The notes under the pieces were generated by a model that saw nothing but the letters and a program-made list of their open reading frames with translations, did not search any database and was not told the origin of the DNA. The translations under genes were made by a program, and so were the position numbers. This document shows positions 25,429-34,518 of a stretch of DNA of 64,000 nt, in pieces. Position 1 is the stretch's first letter. The number at the start of each line of letters is the position of its first letter. Origin of the DNA: Spirochaetaceae bacterium (lineage in GTDB: Bacteria; Spirochaetota; Spirochaetia; DSM-27196; PWMO01); the NCBI GenBank assembly GCA_046541715.1, contig JBKHCS010000001.1:34496-98495 (forward strand). The letters run 5' to 3'.

Positions 25429-26762
25429 CCGTCTTAAAGTTCGGCGGCTCGTCGGTCGCCGACGCCGGATGGATTCGCCGGGTCGTCGATATCGTGACGC
25501 CCCGGATCGCCGAGGCACCGATCGTCGTCGCCTCGGCGATGGGCAAAACCACCGACAGATTGGTGGAAATCGCCTCAGAGGGCGCCCGGGGCCGCCTCCG
25601 GGAGGCGGAAGCGATCCTCGAAGGCGTCGCGGAGCATCACCGGAACGCCACCCGGGAGCTTTTCGGCGGGAGCCTTCTTGAAGAGGTCCTCGGTACCGTC
25701 GACGCCCTCCTCTCGGAGCTCAATTCCGTCATCCATGGTCTGGTCTTGGTAAGGGAGTGCACCCCTCGTAGCTTCGACGCGATTCTCTCCTTCGGAGAGC
25801 GTCTCTCGACGGTTATCCTTTCGGCAGCCTTCCGGAGCGGCGGCGTCGACGCGATTCTGCTCGACAGCCGACGCCTGATAGTGACGGACGACGAATTCTC
25901 CTCCGCTATGCCCGACTTTGAGGCAACCAACCGGACCATCCGGGAGCAGGTTCATCCCGCCCCGGGAGCCGTTCTGGTGCTCCAAGGCTTTATCGCCTCG
26001 ACCAAAGAGGGGGTAACCACCACCCTCGGCCGCGGAGGATCCGACTTTACGGCGACCATTGTCGGAGCGGCCCTCGGGGCCGACGCCGTCGAGATATGGA
26101 CCGACGTCAACGGCATCATGACCAGCGATCCCCGGGTCGTTCCCAGTGCCCAGACCCTCACCGAGATTAGCTACGCCGAGGCGGCGGAGTTGGCCTTCTT
26201 CGGAGCGAAGGTCGTCCACCCCTTTACGATCGAGCCGGCCATCGAGTTGGGCATCCCGGTCTGGGTCCGGAACACCGGGAACCCCGAGCACCCCGGGACG
26301 CGGATCTCGGAGAGCTCCGTCGAGAAGGGAGTCCGGGCCCTAGCGGCCAAGAAGGACGTAACCCTCGTAAGTGTCCAGTCCTACCGGATGCTGAACGCTC
26401 ACGGGTTTCTGGCAAGCATCTTTACCATCTTTGCCGAGGCGCGTATTTCGGTGGACTTGGTGGCAACCTCGGAAGTCTCGGTTTCGATGACCCTCGACCG
26501 AACCGAGGGGCTCGGTTCGGTGGTGAAGCGACTCGAAGACCTCGGCACCGTCGAAGTGGAAACCCGGCGAGGAATCGTCTGCCTCGTCGGAAAGGGACTC
26601 TGGCGGGATTCGGCGGTCGTTGCCCGGGTCTTCAATACCCTCGAGGATGTACCCTTGAGGATGATCTCCCTCGGCTCCTCGGACACGAACCTCTCCCTCG
26701 TCGTCGCCGAAGATGACGCCGACAGGGCGGTTCGGAAACTCCACGCGGCCTTCTTCGATTAA
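25425..26762 (+). CDS. lysC: Aspartate kinase (monofunctional, two ACT domains)
   Basis: MTVLKFGGSSV start with an ATGA overlap onto the asd stop. The ORF-track N-terminal extension lies inside asd. Confidence 0.9.
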   Translation: MTVLKFGGSSVADAGWIRRVVDIVTPRIAEAPIVVASAMGKTTDRLVEIASEGARGRLREAEAILEGVAEHHRNATRELFGGSLLEEVLGTVDALLSELNSVIHGLVLVRECTPRSFDAILSFGERLSTVILSAAFRSGGVDAILLDSRRLIVTDDEFSSAMPDFEATNRTIREQVHPAPGAVLVLQGFIASTKEGVTTTLGRGGSDFTATIVGAALGADAVEIWTDVNGIMTSDPRVVPSAQTLTEISYAEAAELAFFGAKVVHPFTIEPAIELGIPVWVRNTGNPEHPGTRISESSVEKGVRALAAKKDVTLVSVQSYRMLNAHGFLASIFTIFAEARISVDLVATSEVSVSMTLDRTEGLGSVVKRLEDLGTVEVETRRGIVCLVGKGLWRDSAVVARVFNTLEDVPLRMISLGSSDTNLSLVVAEDDADRAVRKLHAAFFD

Positions 26763-26783
26763 GAGCCTCTTCTAGGGTGCCGG

Positions 26784-27185
26784 ATGGATTTTTTCAATCG
26801 GATAGCACGGCTTATCGACGCCGCCCTGAACGACGACACCGTTTCTCCGGGTTCCGCCTCGGGAGCCGTTTCCGGGGATAGAGACTACCACGAAGCGTGG
26901 AAGGAGCTCGACGACTACCTAAAGGGAGCCGAGGCCCACTACCGGGGAGAGGAGCGTCCCGCCCCCGAAGCGGGCCTCCCCCCGGAGATCCTCCAAGCCT
27001 ACCGTGATCTCGAGGTATCTCCCTACGCCTCCTTGGGGGAGGTCCGGGAGGCGTACCGCCGATTGCAGATTCGGTATCATCCCGACCGGTTCGGTGCGAG
27101 TCCGGAGAAGCAGAAGCTCGCCACCGAGATCGCCACGCGGCTCAACGAATCCTACGCCCGAATCCGGAACTACCTCGGAGATTAA
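26784..27185 (+). CDS. J-domain (DnaJ-like) protein
   Basis: 133 aa with a C-terminal J-domain containing the HPD motif (YRRLQIRYHPDRF). Confidence 0.7.
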   Translation: MDFFNRIARLIDAALNDDTVSPGSASGAVSGDRDYHEAWKELDDYLKGAEAHYRGEERPAPEAGLPPEILQAYRDLEVSPYASLGEVREAYRRLQIRYHPDRFGASPEKQKLATEIATRLNESYARIRNYLGD

Positions 27186-28573
27186 CCGTCGGTCGACGCC
27201 TTCGGTGGCACCGCTTCCGAGAGATGGTAGTCTGCGATTTTGCGATGGAGAGTCTTACGCCCGATCCCGAGGGCTTCGGCGGTCTTGCTCTTGTTGCCGT
27301 TGTTGTAGTTCAAGGTAGAGCGGATGATCTCTTGCTCCGCTTCGGCGAGGGTGGAGCCCACCGGGACCCGGATGTAGTCCTGCTCGTTCTCGGTGTTGAT
27401 CGTCGGCGGGAGGTCGTCGACGGTGATTATGTTTCCTTTCGACAGCACGACCGCGCTCTCGATGCAGTTCCGAAGCTCCCGGACGTTTCCGGGCCAGGAA
27501 TACTTGTAGAGAGCCGCCCGGGCCTTAGGATCGATTCCCTCGACCGGCTTTTCATTCTCCTGGGCGAACTCCCGGATAAACGAAGAGACCAAAAGCGGAA
27601 TGTCTTCCTTCCGCTCCCGGAGAGGTGGAATGTGGATATTGACGACGTTGAGGCGGTAAAAGAGATCCTCCCGGAAGGTACCCTTCTCGATCTCGACCTT
27701 CAGCTCCTTATTGGTCGCCGAGATGATGCGAACATCGACCTCGAGGGTCTCCTCGCCCCCTACCCGCTCGAACCTCTTCTCCTGGAGCACCCGGAGAATC
27801 TTTATCTGTACGCTCTGGTTGATCTCCCCGATCTCGTCGAGAAAGATGGAGCCCATATGAGCCAACTCGAAGCGGCCCCGCTTGCGACCCACGGCCCCGG
27901 TAAAGGCGCCCTTTTCGTGGCCGAAAAGCTCGCTCTCGAGAAGCGATTCCGAGAGGGCCGCACAGTGAACCTTGATAAAGGGCTTTTCCCTCCGGTTGGA
28001 CAGATTATGGAGGGCGTCGGCAATCAGCTCCTTCCCGACTCCGCTCTCCCCCGTAATGAGCACCGAAGCCTTCGTCGGCGCAACCTGCTTGACCAGATCG
28101 AGAATGCGCTGCATCTCTGAGGACTTGCCGATGATGTTGGCGAACTGCCGCTGAGACTTCAGCTCCTCCTGCATCGCCCGGTGCTGCAGCACCAACTCCC
28201 TCGTCGAGAGCGCCCTCTTGACCAGAAGCGAGAGGCGGTCGAGATTTACCGGTTTCGTAAGGAAGTCGAAGGCTCCGTCTCTCATCGACTGAACCGCCGT
28301 CTCGATCGTGCCGTGACCCGTCAGGATGATAACGGGAATCGTCGGCCAGGAATCCACGACCCGCCGGAGGAGCTCCTCTCCCGAGAGCCGGGGCATCCGT
28401 AGATCCGCGATAATAAGGTCGACCTCCTCCTGGTGAATAATCTCGAGAGCCTCCTGCCCATCCTCCGCCAAAAGGGTGTTGTGACCGTCCATTTCCAAGG
28501 CCTTGCCGAGGCCTTGACGGATGTTCTTCTCGTCGTCGACTATCAGTACGTTAAACTTCACGTTCCTCACCAC
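27182..28573 (-). CDS. Sigma-54-dependent response regulator (NtrC/Rrp2-like bacterial enhancer-binding protein)
   Basis: REC domain (VLIVDDE...IIADLRMP), AAA+ domain with GESGVGKE and the GAFTGA motif, and a C-terminal Fis-type HTH. Confidence 0.9.
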   Translation of the reverse strand: MVRNVKFNVLIVDDEKNIRQGLGKALEMDGHNTLLAEDGQEALEIIHQEEVDLIIADLRMPRLSGEELLRRVVDSWPTIPVIILTGHGTIETAVQSMRDGAFDFLTKPVNLDRLSLLVKRALSTRELVLQHRAMQEELKSQRQFANIIGKSSEMQRILDLVKQVAPTKASVLITGESGVGKELIADALHNLSNRREKPFIKVHCAALSESLLESELFGHEKGAFTGAVGRKRGRFELAHMGSIFLDEIGEINQSVQIKILRVLQEKRFERVGGEETLEVDVRIISATNKELKVEIEKGTFREDLFYRLNVVNIHIPPLRERKEDIPLLVSSFIREFAQENEKPVEGIDPKARAALYKYSWPGNVRELRNCIESAVVLSKGNIITVDDLPPTINTENEQDYIRVPVGSTLAEAEQEIIRSTLNYNNGNKSKTAEALGIGRKTLHRKIADYHLSEAVPPKASTDG

Positions 28574-29726
28574 TCCAGCTCAAGAGATGCTGTTCCCGTT
28601 GAGGAATCGGGAACAAAATGGAAACGGTCGTCCCCTCGCCGGGGTGTGATACGACCGAGATCTCTCCCTTGTGTTCCTTGACCACCTTGTACACAAGCGT
28701 TAGGCCGATCCCGGAACCGAAGTCCTTCGTCGTAAAGTAGGGCTCGAAAATCTTGCCGAGGTTCTCTTCCGGAATACCCTCTCCGGTATCGCTTATTCGT
28801 AAGAGGACCTCGTCGCCCCGGCGTTCGGTGGAAAAGGTCAGCCTACCGCCGTCGGGCATCGCGGCGAGGGAGTTCTTAACCAGGTTCATCAACGCTTGCT
28901 TTACGAACTTCTGATCGAGATCCAGGTCCGGGAGATCCTCGGCCAAATACGCCTCTGTCTCTACCCCATGCTCCTTGACCTCGTACCGGAGAAACTCCAT
29001 CAGGTCCCGGATAATCTGGTTGATGTCGCTCCGTTCCGGCTGCACGTCGACCGGTCGCACGGCAAAGAGAAAATCGACGACGATCCGGTTGAGACGGTCG
29101 ACCTCCTCGTTTACCACGTCGACGAAGCCAAGGACGCGCTCCCGGTCCATCTGTTCCTCGGCAAGCGCTTTCTGAATCAGTTGGATGTGGATGCCGATGG
29201 AACCGAGGGGATTCTTTATTTCGTGGGCGACTCCCGCGGCGAGGGTCGTAAGGGAGGCCAGGCTTTCGGCCCGTCGAAGGCGGGCTTCCCGGCTCCGCTT
29301 GTCGGTAATATCAACCGCATGAACGATGTTTCCCTGGATGTGCCCCTCCCGTACCAAGGGCTCGATACAGACCGACAGAATCTTCATCGAGCCGGATTCC
29401 CCGAGGACGAACTCTTTGTCGGCCACGGCATACTGCCTCTCGAGGGCGTCCTGCACGAACGCGGAGAGATCCGGGTCTCCGATAGCTTCCCACACGAGGC
29501 GCTCGTGGGGATCGTGATGCCCGTTGACGGTCAACAACCGCTCGGCTGCCTTGTTTGCCAGGGTTATCCGGTTGGCGTCGTCGGCGACGACCACCGCGTC
29601 GCTCATGGAGTCAAGAACGACGAGCATCCGCTCGTTCTCCGAAGCCAGGTCTGAGAGGAGCAGCCGCAGTTGCGAAGGATCGAGCTTATCGAATTTTTTT
29701 AGCGCACGCTCAAGAAACTTCCTCAT
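28551..29726 (-). CDS. Cytoplasmic PAS-domain sensor histidine kinase (NtrB/Hk2-like)
   Basis: No TM segments. PAS region, H-box VAHEIKNPLGS, and G-boxes DTGEGIP/GSGIGL. It overlaps the response-regulator start. Confidence 0.85.
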   Translation of the reverse strand: MRKFLERALKKFDKLDPSQLRLLLSDLASENERMLVVLDSMSDAVVVADDANRITLANKAAERLLTVNGHHDPHERLVWEAIGDPDLSAFVQDALERQYAVADKEFVLGESGSMKILSVCIEPLVREGHIQGNIVHAVDITDKRSREARLRRAESLASLTTLAAGVAHEIKNPLGSIGIHIQLIQKALAEEQMDRERVLGFVDVVNEEVDRLNRIVVDFLFAVRPVDVQPERSDINQIIRDLMEFLRYEVKEHGVETEAYLAEDLPDLDLDQKFVKQALMNLVKNSLAAMPDGGRLTFSTERRGDEVLLRISDTGEGIPEENLGKIFEPYFTTKDFGSGIGLTLVYKVVKEHKGEISVVSHPGEGTTVSILFPIPQREQHLLSWSGEEREV

Positions 29727-30867
29727 AGAGTTTGCTCAGCTGCCGGCGAAGCGGTGGGAAGAGCTGCTGCTTCGGAATATTAAGCACCGTGGCCCGGCGT
29801 CGGGTCGTTTCCAGAAGTTCGAGCATTGCGGAAAAGGTCTCGGCGTTATGTTGATCCGCTCCTTCGTGAAAGGCTGCCCTCAGCGAATTCGTCAGCCGCT
29901 CGAAGAGCAGCTCCAAGGGAATACCCTCTTTCTCCGTCTCCGCCGTGGTAAGAAGCTCGTTGATGCCCTCCAATCCCGGCGGGACACTCCGGTCCGACGT
30001 GGTTAGAAGGTACTCACGGACGCTATCCCGTTCAAGCTCCTCGATGTGGAAGACTCGGCGGAGTACTTCCTGCTCCTCCTCTTTCCGGCGGAGGGGGAAC
30101 CGGTAGATTCGAAGCCGCGAAAGAAGGGTCGGAAGGAGAGTTTTCGGTCTTCTGGTGGTCAGTATCAGCGTGAGCCCCGAAGGCGGCTCTTCGAGGAGCT
30201 TCAGGAGAGCGTTCGCCCCGGAGTCGGTCAGGTTTTCCGCACGCTCGATAATCGCGACCTTCCGGGCCCCGAGTCCCGTTAGGTGGCCCCAGGAAGTGAG
30301 GCTCCGAATCTGTTCGATAGATATCTGAGTAAGGGGGGCCTTCTTCTCTATTGCCGCGGCCGTCTCGATCAGCGACGAAAGCTGCTTCTCGAGCTTCGCC
30401 TCCGGGAGCAGCTCTCCTTCGGGGTCTAAGTCGAGAAGCTCTTCCTCCATCTTCGCTAAAAGCCCCTGGACCGCCTTCCGCTTCGGCGCCGCGTTGTCCC
30501 ATAGGGCGTCGTCAAACCGCCTGAGCAGCTTTCGCAAAGCCCTGACAAAGAGGAAGGCCGCTCCCCGGCGGCGGGTCCGTTTAAGGGCGTCGGCTGCGGC
30601 GACGATCTCCGGCGCGAACTCCTTTGGTCCCAAGAGCAGGGTATCGGGATGGATCAGGTGCCGGTGGAGCGTGCAGGATCGGCAGGTGCACCGCCAACGA
30701 GCCGTGCCTTCGAGGCACGTCAGCCCCCGGGCGGTCTCGAGGGCCACGGTTCCCTTGCCGCCGAGGGGGACGCCGGCAAAGAGGACGCTCGGCGGGAGGG
30801 TCGATTCTTCGAGGTCTTGTGTGAGGCGGCCGGTTACCCTCCGGTGACCGATGACGTTTTCGTACAT
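29710..30867 (-). CDS. holB: DNA polymerase III delta-prime-like AAA+ protein
   Basis: N-terminal clamp-loader pattern (VIGHRRV..., LFAGVPLGGKGT), a Cys-rich Zn module (CTCRSC) and SRL-type motif (TLLSRLR). Confidence 0.65.
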   Translation of the reverse strand: MYENVIGHRRVTGRLTQDLEESTLPPSVLFAGVPLGGKGTVALETARGLTCLEGTARWRCTCRSCTLHRHLIHPDTLLLGPKEFAPEIVAAADALKRTRRRGAAFLFVRALRKLLRRFDDALWDNAAPKRKAVQGLLAKMEEELLDLDPEGELLPEAKLEKQLSSLIETAAAIEKKAPLTQISIEQIRSLTSWGHLTGLGARKVAIIERAENLTDSGANALLKLLEEPPSGLTLILTTRRPKTLLPTLLSRLRIYRFPLRRKEEEQEVLRRVFHIEELERDSVREYLLTTSDRSVPPGLEGINELLTTAETEKEGIPLELLFERLTNSLRAAFHEGADQHNAETFSAMLELLETTRRRATVLNIPKQQLFPPLRRQLSKLYEEVS

Positions 30868-30870
30868 CGG

Positions 30871-31353
30871 CTACCTCCTTACCAGCATTTCGGCGACGTA
30901 GGGCAGAAACGGCAAGAGTGCCCGGGCAAAGAAGCTCCCCCGCAGAAGCCTTTCGGGGTCGGCGACAGGCTGTATCTGAATCAACAGGATAAGCAGAAAG
31001 ACGACGACGACACCTTCGACCACGCCAAGGAGGAGCCCCATGGCGTGGTCCAAACTCTGGAGGTGCACCCGCTCGATCATACGGTGGAGGGCGTTTTCGA
31101 AGAGCTTGATCAGGACGTAGAGCACCACGAAGATACCGAGAAAAGCGATGATCTGGTTCCACACCGAGACACCGAGCCATTCGTCGAGGTAGCCGGCGAC
31201 GGTTCCCGAGAAGAGGACCGCGACGACGACTCCGAGAGCCAACGAAGCTACCGAGAGCGCCTCTTTGACGAAGCCCCGAAGCCCCGCCCGAAGCGTTGCA
31301 AAGATTACGATAATGCCGAAAACGACGTCGATCGCGGTAAAATCGGTGCTCAC
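30871..31353 (-). CDS. cvpA: CvpA-family membrane protein
   Basis: 160 aa with 4 TM segments. N-terminal IDVVFGIIVIFATLRAGLRGF is typical of CvpA. Confidence 0.7.
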   Translation of the reverse strand: MSTDFTAIDVVFGIIVIFATLRAGLRGFVKEALSVASLALGVVVAVLFSGTVAGYLDEWLGVSVWNQIIAFLGIFVVLYVLIKLFENALHRMIERVHLQSLDHAMGLLLGVVEGVVVVFLLILLIQIQPVADPERLLRGSFFARALLPFLPYVAEMLVRR

Positions 31354-32442
31354 TTAGACAAGATACTCCATCAGCTCCCCTGCCGCCCGGTCCGCCGCTT
31401 CCGGCCGGGCAAGCTTGCCAATCCGTTGTTCCAGGTGCTGCCGCCGCTCCTCGTCACGGAGGAGAGCGGTAATCGCCGCCTCGAGAGACTCGGGAGTGAC
31501 CGACTCCGGGTCCAAGACGACCGCCGCCTGTGCTTCCGCCAGGACGGCGGCGTTCCGAAGCTGATCCCCCCTGGACCCCGCGGCGGAGAGGGGAATCAGT
31601 ATTGCCGGGCACCCGGTGGCCGCAAGCTCCGAGACGGTCCCGGCGCCCGCCCGGGCGACCACGACGGTCGCCGCCGCCAGAAGGTCCGGGTACTCGGCGC
31701 CGAAGAGCGGCCGTGAAAAGTAGCCCGGGCCGTCGGCCCGGAGGGGCGGCCGGCTTCCCCGTTGATGACAGATTGTCGCCTCTTGCGCAAGGCGGTCGAG
31801 GATAGGTTCGAAGAGATCGTTGAATTGCCGGGCCCCGAGGCTTCCGCCGAGAACGACGATAAGCGGGCGTCCCTCCGGCACCCCGAAGACCCGGCGGAAG
31901 TGCGGGCCGTCCCCCCGGAGCACCTCCGGACGCACGGGGTTCCCGGTGACGACGAGGCGTTCTTTCAGGACGCCGGAAAAGCATGCCCGGGTCGCCTCGT
32001 AGGATAGCAGGATCTTTCGGGCCACCCGGGCGTTCAGACGCGTAGCGAGCCCCGGATCGGTATCCGATTCGTGGGTCACGACGGGAATCCGCAGTACGGC
32101 GGCGGCGTACACCACCGGAACCGTGACGTATCCCCCCTTGGAAAACAGAACCTTCGGGCGGTCCTTGGCAAGGAGGAACAGAGCCGCGAAAAAGCCGGCG
32201 AGCACCTTGAGGGTGTCTACAAGATTGTTGACGGAAAAATAGCGTCGCAGCTTCCCCGCCGGAATACCCCGAAAGGGCACCCCTTCGTTCTCGAGTATCC
32301 GGCGCTCCATGCCCTTCGTCGACCCGTACCAGGCGACCGAGAGCTTTCCGGGTCCGATCTTCTCTTCGAGGACTCGCAAGACCGCCAACCCGGGGAAAAC
32401 ATGGCCGCCGGTTCCACCACCGCTAATGACTAGATCTTTCAA
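31354..32442 (-). CDS. murG: UDP-N-acetylglucosamine--lipid I GlcNAc transferase MurG
   Basis: GGGTGGHVFPGLAV N-terminal motif, 362 aa. Confidence 0.9.
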   Translation of the reverse strand: MKDLVISGGGTGGHVFPGLAVLRVLEEKIGPGKLSVAWYGSTKGMERRILENEGVPFRGIPAGKLRRYFSVNNLVDTLKVLAGFFAALFLLAKDRPKVLFSKGGYVTVPVVYAAAVLRIPVVTHESDTDPGLATRLNARVARKILLSYEATRACFSGVLKERLVVTGNPVRPEVLRGDGPHFRRVFGVPEGRPLIVVLGGSLGARQFNDLFEPILDRLAQEATICHQRGSRPPLRADGPGYFSRPLFGAEYPDLLAAATVVVARAGAGTVSELAATGCPAILIPLSAAGSRGDQLRNAAVLAEAQAAVVLDPESVTPESLEAAITALLRDEERRQHLEQRIGKLARPEAADRAAGELMEYLV

Positions 32443-32462
32443 TGTGTTATATTGACGGTATC

Positions 32463-33281
32463 ATGCGTTCGTTTCCCTATGCAATTCCGGCGCTACTTCT
32501 GCTCTTTCTCTGCCTCCCCCCGGCTTCTGCGGGGGCCGACGTCCCGGAGGAGTGGACCGGACGGTCCCTCCGGGACGTCTTCCCCGACCTGAGTCCCGTT
32601 CAGTACGCCCAACTCGAGGACGAAGGAGAGATTACCCACTTCTACCGGAAAGAGGCGGAGCTGACTCTGGCACCGGAGGCCTTCGGCTGGCGGGAAGCCC
32701 AAGAGCGTATCAGAGAATTTGGTCCGAAGATTGGGGTCGAGGCCCTATTCCTAATGCCCTACCCGGGCGCCCTCGAAACCGCCGCCGATCCGGAGCTGGA
32801 AATCTACAATACGCTCCGGTCGGTCGGCACCATGGAGGGCATCGAATACTACTCCGCGAGCCGCGAACGGATGCGCATCTTCTATATAGATTCCTACGCC
32901 GTCGAGGACCCGGACAGTAGGAGACCTCAGCGGGATCCGGTCGTATCCTCTATCCCTATCGAGGACAGCATCTACGTGTATCAAAGAGACTCGAGCTTCG
33001 GACGAAACGTCCATCGGGTGACGTACGGCTACACCGACGGCGCCTATGGAGTCCGGATGACCAACCTTACCCGGATGTTCTACGGAATACTCCCCCTAGT
33101 GGCCGAGGAAAACCTCGACGTCTACCTGACGATCATCCCCGTCGAAGAGGGAATCGTCTTCTACGGAAACAGCGCCGTCCGGGTAATAGGACTCTTCGGC
33201 ATGGAGCACCGTGCCCGAAACAGCTTCTACAACCGGATAAAGGCACTCTTCGACTGGTTCTCCCAGGAAGTGACTCGGTAG
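32463..33281 (+). CDS. Secreted hypothetical protein
   Basis: Signal-peptide-like N-terminus from the internal ATG (MRSFPYAIPALLLLFLCLPPASAGA). No family recognised. Confidence 0.5.
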   Translation: MRSFPYAIPALLLLFLCLPPASAGADVPEEWTGRSLRDVFPDLSPVQYAQLEDEGEITHFYRKEAELTLAPEAFGWREAQERIREFGPKIGVEALFLMPYPGALETAADPELEIYNTLRSVGTMEGIEYYSASRERMRIFYIDSYAVEDPDSRRPQRDPVVSSIPIEDSIYVYQRDSSFGRNVHRVTYGYTDGAYGVRMTNLTRMFYGILPLVAEENLDVYLTIIPVEEGIVFYGNSAVRVIGLFGMEHRARNSFYNRIKALFDWFSQEVTR

Positions 33282-33318
33282 CCGGCCCTCGCCGCAACGC
33301 GCAGACCTCGATAGTTCC

Positions 33319-33352
33319 AACGTTCATTAATAGATAACGTTCATTAATAGAT
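33319..33352. repeat. Perfect 17-bp tandem direct repeat (AACGTTCATTAATAGAT x2), candidate Pho operator
   Basis: Read directly at 33319-33335 and 33336-33352, 89 nt upstream of the pstS ATG in an AT-rich spacer. Confidence 0.9.
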
Positions 33353-33440
33353 TTCTAACGAAACCCTTACAGGCAGCTCACCCGTCCTCAATAGGTTTGG
33401 CCGCGTACAGTCCACAAAATAAAAATGGAGGAGGAATTCC

Positions 33441-34436
33441 ATGAAACAAACTGTACTAGCGATAGGGCTTGTTCTGGTTGTCGTGTCTCTCGGATTTGCA
33501 GGCGGTGACCAGGAGCAGGCGGCCGATACTGGAGATGATCTGCCTTGGTTGATCGAAACCGGCGGATTCCCCGACGTCAACCCCCTCGAGGTTGAAGGCG
33601 ACATCATTATCGCCGGTTCCTCGACCGTCTTTCCCCTCGCCGAGGCTATTGCCGAGCGGTTCCAGGACGAAGGCTACGGTGGAAACATCACGATCGACTC
33701 TATCGGGTCCGGTGGTGGATTCGAGCGGTTCTGCACCGCGGCGGAAAGTGATATCTCCAACGCCAGTTCCCCGATCCGGAACTATCCCGAAGAAATCGAG
33801 GCCTGCCGGGAGAACGGGCGGGAGCACATCGAGATCCGGATTGGCACCGATGCCCTTGCCGTGGTCGTGAACCCCGAAAACGACTGGATCTCCGAAGCCT
33901 CGATCGAAGAGCTTGCCGAAATCTTCACCGCTGAGAACTGGAGCGACGTGAATCCGAGTTGGCCCGATGAGCCGATCCTTCGCTTCATCCCCGGCACCGA
34001 CAGCGGCACCTTCGTCTTCTTCGTGGAAGAGGTCTTTGACGAAAACGAGGAGCCCATCCTCGCGGCCCCGAACACCCAGCTCTCCGAGGACGACAACATC
34101 CTGGTCCAGGGAATCGAGGGAAGCCCCAACGCCATCGGTTTCTTCGGCTACGCCTACTACGCCAACGAAGGCGACGCCCTCAAGATCCTCGATATCGAGG
34201 GTATCACGCCGAGCGCCGCTTCGGTTGACGCCGGCGAGTATCCTTTGGCCCGGCCGCTGTTCATGTACACCGCTGCGAGCGTTATCGCCGCGAAGCCCCA
34301 GGCTGCCGCCTTCCTCGCCTACGTTCTTAACTACGTAAACGATGTCATCGGCGACGTCGGCTACTTCCCCGCAAACGAGGAAGCCCTCAACGGTGCCAAG
34401 GATGCGTGGATGGACGCCATGGCAGACCAGATGTAA
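33441..34436 (+). CDS. pstS: Phosphate ABC transporter substrate-binding protein
   Basis: Signal peptide, then the AGSSTVFPL motif. It is followed by pstCAB. GGAGGAGG SD. Confidence 0.9.
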   Translation: MKQTVLAIGLVLVVVSLGFAGGDQEQAADTGDDLPWLIETGGFPDVNPLEVEGDIIIAGSSTVFPLAEAIAERFQDEGYGGNITIDSIGSGGGFERFCTAAESDISNASSPIRNYPEEIEACRENGREHIEIRIGTDALAVVVNPENDWISEASIEELAEIFTAENWSDVNPSWPDEPILRFIPGTDSGTFVFFVEEVFDENEEPILAAPNTQLSEDDNILVQGIEGSPNAIGFFGYAYYANEGDALKILDIEGITPSAASVDAGEYPLARPLFMYTAASVIAAKPQAAAFLAYVLNYVNDVIGDVGYFPANEEALNGAKDAWMDAMADQM

Positions 34437-34466
34437 CACAAATCTAACATTCGCTTGTTAGATTCC

Positions 34467-34498
34467 GAAGAGGAGGGGCTCTCCCTCCTCTTCTTTTT
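34467..34498 (+). terminator. Strong intra-operon rho-independent terminator between pstS and pstC
   Basis: GAAGAGGAGGG-GCTCT-CCCTCCTCTTC (11-bp perfect stem) followed by TTTTT. A second 9-bp hairpin precedes it at 34441-34464. Confidence 0.8.
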
Positions 34499-34518
34499 GT
34501 ACCTATGGGGAAAGAGAC

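Noticed and set aside
24277-25518. N-terminal ~414 aa of the 1229-aa minus-strand ORF (21829-25518)
   Set aside because: It runs antisense through asd (clear ASADH motifs on the plus strand) and is Arg/Gly/Pro-rich with no recognisable domain. The helicase begins sensibly at ATG 24276, leaving a 108-bp divergent promoter region.
27205-27225. Additional TGGCAC hexamers considered as sigma-54 promoters (for example 27206-27211, 36448-36453, 32672-32677)
   Set aside because: None is followed by TTGC at the required N5 spacing. All lie inside coding sequence.
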